64,000 bases of DNA from Patescibacteria group bacterium (GTDB lineage Bacteria; Patescibacteriota; Minisyncoccia; Phycocordibacterales; PALSA-1337). This document shows positions 1-6,376 of the stretch, one piece after another. The translations under genes and the position numbers were made by a program. Every line of letters begins with the position of its first letter. The first letter of the stretch is position 1. The notes beneath the pieces are model-generated. The model searched no databases. It was not told the origin of the DNA and worked only from the letters and a program-made list of their open reading frames with translations. The DNA lies in the NCBI GenBank assembly GCA_038065395.1, contig JBBTRB010000004.1:70042-134041 (forward strand), in the 5' to 3' direction.

Positions 1-1911
1 CGATCCAAGGTCAAAGTTTCTGCACCTCATACTCCGAAATACGCTCGCTTCGAAGGTAAGCTATTCGAAACTACTGTTGGTCGTATTCTCCTCAACAACA
101 TCCTTCCTGAAGATTATCCATTCATCAATGAAGAAGTCGGTCGCAAGCGTCTCGGTATCGTGATCGACGATATGATCAACCTCCACGGTTCAGAGAAAGT
201 TGCTCCGATCCTCGACCGCGTCAAGAAGTTCGGTTTCGGCTACGCTACCTACTCGGGTACCACATGGGGCATCGATGATATCAAGATCCCTGAAGCCAAA
301 GGCGAGATCGTCGCTCGTGGCAAAGAACAGGCACATCTCGTTACCAAGCAGTTCGAAGAAGGACTCCTCACCGAAGAAGAGCGCATTCGCAAGCACATCG
401 AAATCTGGCAGAAGTCCAAGGGAGAAGTCGAAAAGGCTATTCCTGCATCACTCGACAAGACTGGTTCTGTCTATGACATGATCACTTCAGGTGCTCGCGG
501 ATCGATGTCTCAGATCACTCAAATGGCCGGTATGAAAGGTCTTATCTCCTCAGTTTCAGGAGAGACGATCGAGTTCCCGATCCTTTCATGTGCAAAGGAA
601 GGTTTGACTCCGATCGAATACTTCATCACGACTCACGGATCACGTAAGGGTCTCACTGACACTGCGCTCAACACAGCGAAGGCGGGATACCTCACTCGTA
701 AGTTGTTCGTGGTCGCTCAGGATGTCGTCGTATCAGAAACAGATTGTGGTACCAAAGAGGGCATCGTCATCCACAAACAGAGTGCTTCAGGAATGAACAT
801 TCCATTGTCCAAGAACATCCGTGGCCGACTCCTCGCTGAAGATATCAAGGATGCAGCAGGAACAGTCATGTTCAAGAAGGGTCACCTCGTCTCCAAGGCC
901 GACGCAACTCATATCGAAGAGTCAGGTATCGAGCATGTAAACGTCCGCTCACCACTCTCATGCAAAACCGTTCGTGGTGTGTGTACAAAGTGTTATGGTC
1001 TCGATCTCGGTAAGAATGCACTGGTCAATCTCGGCGAAGCCGTAGGAACTGTCGCTGCTCAAGCGATCGGTGAACCAGGAACACAGCTGACCATGCGTAC
1101 CTTCCACGCCGGAGGAACCGCATCACAAGGTGGAGACATTACTGCAGGTCTGCCACGCGTCGAAGAAATCTTCGAAAAGCGTCGTCCTCGCAACCCGGCT
1201 GTTGTTGCATCTGTTGATGGTACCGTCATGTCAGTAGAAGATATGGGTAAAGAAAAGATCATCCGTGTATTGCCAGATCTCGAAGAGGCAGTAGGCAAGA
1301 AGCGCACAGAAGTCGAGTATGTTTTCCCATACCGCCGTACGACTCTCGTTCGTATCGGAGATAAGGTCAAGAAAGGCCAGCTCATCACCGACGGTTCTGC
1401 TGATATCGATGAAGTATATGAGTTTGGTGGCGAAGAGCGTGCCAAGGAATACGTCATCAGTGAAGTTGGTAAGATCTACGAACTCCAAGGCGAGACCGTG
1501 TCACGCAAGCACATCGAGCTCATCGTCAAGCAGATGTTCTCACGTCGCCGCGTCGTCAAGGCAGGGGATACGGATCTCACCGAAGGTATGATCGTCGATG
1601 ACACTTATCTCTTCGAAGAGAATGCAGAGACCAAGGATGCTGGTGGCATGCCTGCAGAGGCCAAGAAGTTGGTCATGGGTATCACCGAAACATCTCTGTC
1701 TCGCAAGAGTTTCCTCTCGGCCGCGTCGTTCCAACACACTACTCGTGTGCTCATCGCCAACTCCGTTCGTGGTGCACAGGACGACCTCACTGGTCTCATG
1801 GAGAACGTCATCATCGGACGTCTGGTCCCTGCTGGTTCTGGATTTGCTGGATCACCGAAGAAAGAGATGGTAGATAGTCTCAAAGCCAACCGAAAGGCGA
1901 TAGAGGAGTAG
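1..1911 (+). CDS. rpoC: DNA-directed RNA polymerase subunit beta' (C-terminal part; 5' end lies outside the window)
   Basis: Frame 1 is open from position 1 (RSKVKVSAPHTPKYARFEGKLFETTVGRILLNN...). Conserved beta' C-terminal regions are present (NADFDGDQM-downstream segments, trigger loop/bridge-like GEPGTQLTMRTFHAGG). Confidence 0.95.
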   Translation, partial: RSKVKVSAPHTPKYARFEGKLFETTVGRILLNNILPEDYPFINEEVGRKRLGIVIDDMINLHGSEKVAPILDRVKKFGFGYATYSGTTWGIDDIKIPEAKGEIVARGKEQAHLVTKQFEEGLLTEEERIRKHIEIWQKSKGEVEKAIPASLDKTGSVYDMITSGARGSMSQITQMAGMKGLISSVSGETIEFPILSCAKEGLTPIEYFITTHGSRKGLTDTALNTAKAGYLTRKLFVVAQDVVVSETDCGTKEGIVIHKQSASGMNIPLSKNIRGRLLAEDIKDAAGTVMFKKGHLVSKADATHIEESGIEHVNVRSPLSCKTVRGVCTKCYGLDLGKNALVNLGEAVGTVAAQAIGEPGTQLTMRTFHAGGTASQGGDITAGLPRVEEIFEKRRPRNPAVVASVDGTVMSVEDMGKEKIIRVLPDLEEAVGKKRTEVEYVFPYRRTTLVRIGDKVKKGQLITDGSADIDEVYEFGGEERAKEYVISEVGKIYELQGETVSRKHIELIVKQMFSRRRVVKAGDTDLTEGMIVDDTYLFEENAETKDAGGMPAEAKKLVMGITETSLSRKSFLSAASFQHTTRVLIANSVRGAQDDLTGLMENVIIGRLVPAGSGFAGSPKKEMVDSLKANRKAIEE

Positions 1912-1988
1912 AATTCAGCTATTCAACTATTGGACAATTAAAAGATTACACAAAAAAGCCTCGACATCCGATCGGGACTTTTTTGTTT

Positions 1989-2029
1989 TTATTGTTTCTT
2001 GAGACTAAATTCATACGGATTTTATCTCG
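1989..2029 (+). promoter_or_regulatory. Conserved ~42-bp upstream motif, copy A (ttattgtttcttgagactaaattcatacggattttatctcg); putative promoter of the mazF-like gene
   Basis: Near-identical copies occur at 19746, 23779 and 55497 (+) and at 4593, 16162 and 50345 (-). Each is oriented toward the downstream gene, 20-60 nt before its start. A possible -35 TTGAGA, 17-nt spacer, TTATCT arrangement is present. Confidence 0.55.
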
Positions 2030-2047
2030 GGCTGTTACTGTGGGTAC

Positions 2048-2437
2048 ATGAAGAAAGATTACTCCAAATGGAGTGTGCAGAAAGAGGGTATTAATTCGAT
2101 CGAAACCCGGCCGTTATTTCAGCAACGAGATATATGGTTTTGTGCAATTGGTTGCAATATTGGCTATGAAGAAGATGGTGCTGGTGATGATTTCATACGT
2201 CCAATTGTGGTTGTGTGCAAAATTAATTCGAATATGTGCTGGGTAGTGCCTCTTACAAGAACGAGTAAAGCCAATCAATTCTACTTCAAACTATCGGTAT
2301 TTTCTGAAGGATTCTCAATGGCTATACTATCACAATTACGAATTGTGGATGCAAAAAGACTTTCTCGGAAGATTGGATTTGTACCACAGGACGTTTTTCT
2401 TGAAATGCAAGAAAGGCTCAAAAGATTTCTCTCTTGA
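2048..2437 (+). CDS. MazF/PemK-family endoribonuclease toxin-like protein with no adjacent antitoxin
   Basis: RDIWFCAIG...GDDFIRPIVVV...CWVVPLTRTS...LSQLRIVDAKRLSRKIGFVPQDVFLEMQERL aligns block by block with Kid/PemK (RGEIWLV...GTRPVLIV...LPVVVPVTS...RTIDMKARGGKRLERVPETIMNEVLGRL). Confidence 0.6.
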   Translation: MKKDYSKWSVQKEGINSIETRPLFQQRDIWFCAIGCNIGYEEDGAGDDFIRPIVVVCKINSNMCWVVPLTRTSKANQFYFKLSVFSEGFSMAILSQLRIVDAKRLSRKIGFVPQDVFLEMQERLKRFLS

Positions 2438-2603
2438 GCCTTTCTTAAATTTTGTGACCTATCTCTAAGGTGGATAGATGTATACGGATTATTTGTGGGA
2501 ACACCTGCCATTTGCAGGTAGCATTAATCTTAACAGGATTATTTTTGCTGTCAATCTTCTATCGATACTTCATACTTCACACTCCATACGCTATACTTCC
2601 CCC

Positions 2604-4352
2604 ATGAACCGCTCTAACGTCGAAGAGATCAAGAAACGCATCCCCATAGAGGAGCTTTTGGCTTCGTATGTGAAGCTGGAGAAGTCTGGCAAGTCATTCA
2701 AGGCTCGATGTCCGTTTCATAATGAGAAATCAGCATCTTTTTTCGTTTCACCGGAACGGGGAGGATACTATTGTTTTGGCTGTGGTGCTAAGGGTGACAT
2801 ATTCTCTTTCGTCGAGCAGTTCGAGGGGCTCGACTTTCGCGGAGCACTCAAAGTCCTGGCAGAGCGTGCAGGGGTGTCACTTGTCTATGACCAGAAAGCC
2901 GACGGCGAGCGCGACAAGCTCTACGACATCACCGACCAAGCCGCGCGCTACTTTGAAGCATGTTATGCAAAGTCAAAAGAAGCGCAAGACTATGTCACGA
3001 GCCGAGGCATCACCGAGAAGACTCGTGCAGAGTTCCGCATGGGTTGGGCACCGGAAGGGTGGAGTAATCTGTATACATATCTCAAAGGCAAGGGTTGGCA
3101 GGATGCATTGATAGAGAAGGCAGGTCTTGCCAAGAAGGGCGACAAAGGCGACTTCTATGACCGTTTCCGTGGCAGAGTGATGTTCCCGATCTCAGACTCG
3201 AGTGGTAGAGTCATCGCGTTCTCGGGACGCATCCTGAAACCAGATGACAAGTCGGCCAAGTATATCAATAGTCCTGACAGTCCTCTCTATGACAAGTCCT
3301 CTGTCCTCTATGGGCTCGACAAAGCCAAGTCCGAGATACGCCGTCTCAACTACACCATCCTCGTCGAAGGTCAGATGGACCTCGTCATGTCGCATCAGGC
3401 AGATATCAAGAACACCGTGGCTGTCTCGGGTACAGCCATGGCAGAAGACGTCGTCAACAAGGAGGGCATCGTCAACAATCTTGGTCTGATCCGTCGTCTA
3501 TCACCCAACGTGATCATCGCTTTTGATTCTGATGCTGCTGGCAAAAAGGCGGCATTGCGTGCATCGGCTATAGCACTCAGTATCGGCATGGATGTGAAGA
3601 TCGCCGATATCGTCGGTGGCAAAGACCCTGCGGATCTGGTCAAAGAAGATCCAGTGCAGTGGCGTGAGATCCTCCGTAATACAAAACCTGTGATCGAGTT
3701 TGAGCTGACAAATGTTCTCCACGAAGTCACCGACCAACGCAAGCTCCCTCGTGCACTCCAAGATAGAGTCTTTCCTCTAGTTGCCCGTATTGAGAAACAA
3801 ACTGACAAGGATTATTTTGTACAGATGATCGCTGACCGTTCGCATATCAGTGCCAGTGCCATCTGGGACGATATCAGGGTCCTGACGCAACGCTTCTCTG
3901 CAGATGCTTCTGCCACACCGACAGCACAGCCAGTAGCACGCAAGAGTGCGACCGATGTCTCAAAACGTATCGACCTCGTCGAACGTCGCATGTTCGGACT
4001 ACTCGGACTCATGGAGTCAGCCGGAGTTTCTGGTGACTACCGCGAGCGTATCCGTACGATCGCTGGTGCCACCTATGATGACCGTGTGGCACGTATACAA
4101 CCCCTGATGAGTGACGTACTATTCGAGGCTGAGTCTTTCTTCGGTGCTACCCAAGACCGTTGGGGTCTTCATATGCAAGAATTGCTCACTAACTTCGAGG
4201 AAGACATCCTGAGCGAACAGCTCATGTCTGCCATGCAAGACCTCCGTACCGCCGAGAAAGCAGGGGATCATGCTCGTGTCGCAGAGCTTGCCACTGAATG
4301 CCAGCGTTTGTCCCTCCGTAAGGCTGAGGTGCTCAAAAAGAAGAGGGGGTAG
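2604..4352 (+). CDS. dnaG: DNA primase
   Basis: CHC2 zinc finger CPFHNEKSASFFVSPERGGYYCFGCGAKGD. TOPRIM region ILVEGQMDLV...IIAFDSDAAGKKA. The start is placed at ATG 2604 (MNRSNVEEIKK) rather than the track start 2478, whose hydrophobic 42-aa extension is atypical for DnaG. Confidence 0.9.
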   Translation: MNRSNVEEIKKRIPIEELLASYVKLEKSGKSFKARCPFHNEKSASFFVSPERGGYYCFGCGAKGDIFSFVEQFEGLDFRGALKVLAERAGVSLVYDQKADGERDKLYDITDQAARYFEACYAKSKEAQDYVTSRGITEKTRAEFRMGWAPEGWSNLYTYLKGKGWQDALIEKAGLAKKGDKGDFYDRFRGRVMFPISDSSGRVIAFSGRILKPDDKSAKYINSPDSPLYDKSSVLYGLDKAKSEIRRLNYTILVEGQMDLVMSHQADIKNTVAVSGTAMAEDVVNKEGIVNNLGLIRRLSPNVIIAFDSDAAGKKAALRASAIALSIGMDVKIADIVGGKDPADLVKEDPVQWREILRNTKPVIEFELTNVLHEVTDQRKLPRALQDRVFPLVARIEKQTDKDYFVQMIADRSHISASAIWDDIRVLTQRFSADASATPTAQPVARKSATDVSKRIDLVERRMFGLLGLMESAGVSGDYRERIRTIAGATYDDRVARIQPLMSDVLFEAESFFGATQDRWGLHMQELLTNFEEDILSEQLMSAMQDLRTAEKAGDHARVAELATECQRLSLRKAEVLKKKRG

Positions 4353-4375
4353 TGAACTTTATAGAGAAAAGCTAA

Positions 4376-4405
4376 ACAAAAAACCGCGATAAGCGGATTT
4401 TTTGA
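4376..4405. terminator. Bidirectional rho-independent terminator (aaaaaaccgcgataagcggattttttg)
   Basis: GC hairpin ccgcg-ataa-gcgg flanked by an A-run and a T-run. It sits downstream of dnaG (+) and of the minus-strand tRNA-like RNA. Confidence 0.7.
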
Positions 4406-4479
4406 AACATACCCTCGGCAGGACCTCCTTCGACAAGATTAATACAATGGTATTCTTGTTGAAATAAAAAGTCAAGTGA

Positions 4480-4550
4480 TGGTGGAGGTGAGGGGAATCG
4501 AACCCCTATGTTTATCTTGTCGAAGGATAACATCCGGCCTTGGCACCCCC
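4480..4550 (-). ncRNA. tRNA-like small RNA, copy 1 (71 nt)
   Basis: 7-bp acceptor stem GGGGGUG/CACCUCC. T-arm AGGGG-UUCGAUU-CCCCU. Discriminator A and encoded CCA. The body is 67 nt before the discriminator, about 5 nt too short for a cloverleaf. It is preceded by a conserved leader hairpin and by motif copy E. Confidence 0.6.
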
Positions 4551-4592
4551 ACGCGGGAAGATATCTATCCTCCGCAGGGTAACCATATCAGG

Positions 4593-4634
4593 TCGAGATG
4601 AAGAAACGATGAATTTAGGTTAAATTCTTGATAA
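4593..4634 (-). promoter_or_regulatory. Conserved upstream motif, copy E (transcription orientation: ttatcaagaatttaacctaaattcatcgtttcttcatctcgacc)
   Basis: Shares the core TTT(A/T)AC/GAGAC-TAAATTCAT-CGTTTCTT-CATCTC with the other copies. It sits about 45 nt upstream of the tRNA-like RNA 5' end. Confidence 0.55.
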
Positions 4635-4668
4635 AAAACAAAAAAACACACGTATCGAGCCATACCCC

Positions 4669-4698
4669 TTGCATATCTTGACCCCTTCGTTGTATAAT
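4669..4698 (+). promoter_or_regulatory. Sigma70-type promoter of rpoD (TTGCAT, 18-nt spacer, TATAAT)
   Basis: A canonical -35/-10 pair lies 29 nt upstream of the rpoD ATG. Classical sigma70 promoters therefore exist alongside the distinct 42-bp motif. Confidence 0.6.
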
Positions 4699-4726
4699 CG
4701 TCAGAACAACTTAGCTTTCTTTTCTC

Positions 4727-5941
4727 ATGGCAAAATCAAAAAAGACGACCAAATCAAAGCCGGCACGTGCTCGCAAGCCTGTGGCAAAATCCGCATCCAA
4801 GCCCAAGAAAAAGACAAAAGGCGTCTCGTCTCGCAAAGCTGCACCCAAGGTCAAAGCCGACCAGAAGAGTTTCGAATACAAGGCGACCAAACTCATCCAA
4901 AAGGGGCGTGATCGTGGTTTCGTCACGTATGACGAGATCCTCAAAGAGTTCCCACAGATCGAGAATGACATCGTCTTCCTCGATGAGCTCTATTCCAAAC
5001 TTTCTACTGCCAACGTCGACGTCCTCGAAGGGGGGGGCCTCCTCGAAGTCGAAGACCTGACCGTCAAGAAACCTTCGGCATATGGAACACGCCACAGTGC
5101 TGACTCTGCCTACGACTCTATCCAGATGTATCTCAAAGAGATCGGTCAATATCCGCTCATTACCGCCGCCAATGAAAAGGAGCTCGCTCGTCGTATCCAA
5201 GCAGGGGATCTCGAAGCCAAGAACCTCCTTGCAAAGGCCAACCTGCGTCTCGTGGTGTCTATCGCCAAGAAATACGTCGGTCGTAGTCCGGATCTGACAC
5301 TCCTCGACCTGATCCAAGAAGGTAACTTGGGACTTTTCCGTGCGGTAGACAAGTTCGACTGGACCAAAGGCTACAAGTTCTCGACTTATGCTACCTGGTG
5401 GATCCGTCAGGCCATCACCCGCGCATTGGCTGACCAGTCTCGCACTATCCGTGTACCGGTACACATGGTAGAGACCATCGCAAAATACAAACAGATGGTA
5501 CGACGTCTCACCCAAGACCTCGGTCGCGAGCCTTTGCCCGACGAGATCGCTACTGAGATGGGTATGGATGTTAGCAAGATCTACCAGATCGAAAAGATCG
5601 AGCAAGACGTCGTGTCGCTCGAAAGTCCTGTTGGAGACGACAGTGAAGATGGCAAGTCCACTCTCCAAGATTTCGTGGCAGATGACAAGATCCTTTCCCC
5701 TGATCAGGAGTCATCACATCGTATCCTCCGCGACCACGTCAACACGATCCTCGACGATCTCTCAGAGAAAGAACGCAAGATCCTCGAGATGCGTCATGGT
5801 CTCAATGACGGTATCACACATACCCTGGAAGAAGTCGGTCGTGAATTTGGAGTCACTCGCGAACGTATCCGTCAGATCGAAGCCAAGGCTCATGAAAAGA
5901 TCCGTCAGCACGACAATATCGATAGGCTCAAGAACTACTAA
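4727..5941 (+). CDS. rpoD: RNA polymerase sigma factor RpoD (sigma-70)
   Basis: Region 2 ([40 protein letters not shown]), region 3 and region 4 ([22 protein letters not shown]). Lys-rich N-terminus. Confidence 0.95.
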   Translation: MAKSKKTTKSKPARARKPVAKSASKPKKKTKGVSSRKAAPKVKADQKSFEYKATKLIQKGRDRGFVTYDEILKEFPQIENDIVFLDELYSKLSTANVDVLEGGGLLEVEDLTVKKPSAYGTRHSADSAYDSIQMYLKEIGQYPLITAANEKELARRIQAGDLEAKNLLAKANLRLVVSIAKKYVGRSPDLTLLDLIQEGNLGLFRAVDKFDWTKGYKFSTYATWWIRQAITRALADQSRTIRVPVHMVETIAKYKQMVRRLTQDLGREPLPDEIATEMGMDVSKIYQIEKIEQDVVSLESPVGDDSEDGKSTLQDFVADDKILSPDQESSHRILRDHVNTILDDLSEKERKILEMRHGLNDGITHTLEEVGREFGVTRERIRQIEAKAHEKIRQHDNIDRLKNY

Positions 5942-6376
5942 GTTGGATTTCAAATAATACACAATAGAAAAAACCCCTCGCTATACTACGCGTGGGGTTT
6001 TGAGTCTGCAGACTTGGGTCACTGGGTCCTGTCGATGCATTCAGGGAGGGCACTTTCTCCGTCTGCATAGACAAGTGCCTGGATACAACTTCCAGTAGAG
6101 TGCTCTTCATTCTGAGTGTGTTCGTTGAGCATGAATCTCGCAATACCGACGCTGTCGGGGAGCAGGGAGTCAGGAGATGTTGGTGATCCGACCGTGGTTA
6201 TACCCAGGAGAACGAATACATTCCCTGGTTTAGTCGTGCGTGGCAATCTGTTTCTCATGCGAATCCTTTCCTTGGTTGGACTTGAAATGAGCGATGTTTT
6301 CTGGAATAGTATCCCTCTTTTTATATATCAAGTCAACCGTTATTGTGTATTGTCTCGGAGTCCTTATAATGAACTC

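Noticed and set aside
2478-2603. N-terminal 42-aa extension of DnaG given by the ORF track (start 2478), or a small antitoxin ORF after the mazF-like gene
   Set aside because: The extension is hydrophobic and atypical for primase. The canonical DnaG N-terminus (MNRSNVEEIKKRIPIEELL...) begins at the internal ATG 2604. No separate in-frame small ORF with a start and stop fits the gap.
4480-4550. tmRNA (ssrA) hypothesis for the tRNA-like elements, prompted by the tRNA-like 3' end with CCA
   Set aside because: Each element is only about 71 nt. There is no tag-peptide reading frame, no pseudoknots and no sequence upstream that could form the tmRNA 5' acceptor strand beyond what is already paired locally. 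The three independent copies also argue against tmRNA.
6116-6376. Upstream start (6116) of the helicase-nuclease gene
   Set aside because: The first 87 residues are low-complexity with no helicase similarity. The conserved N-terminus starts at MSLPSS...LNAAQKKAV (ATG 6377).
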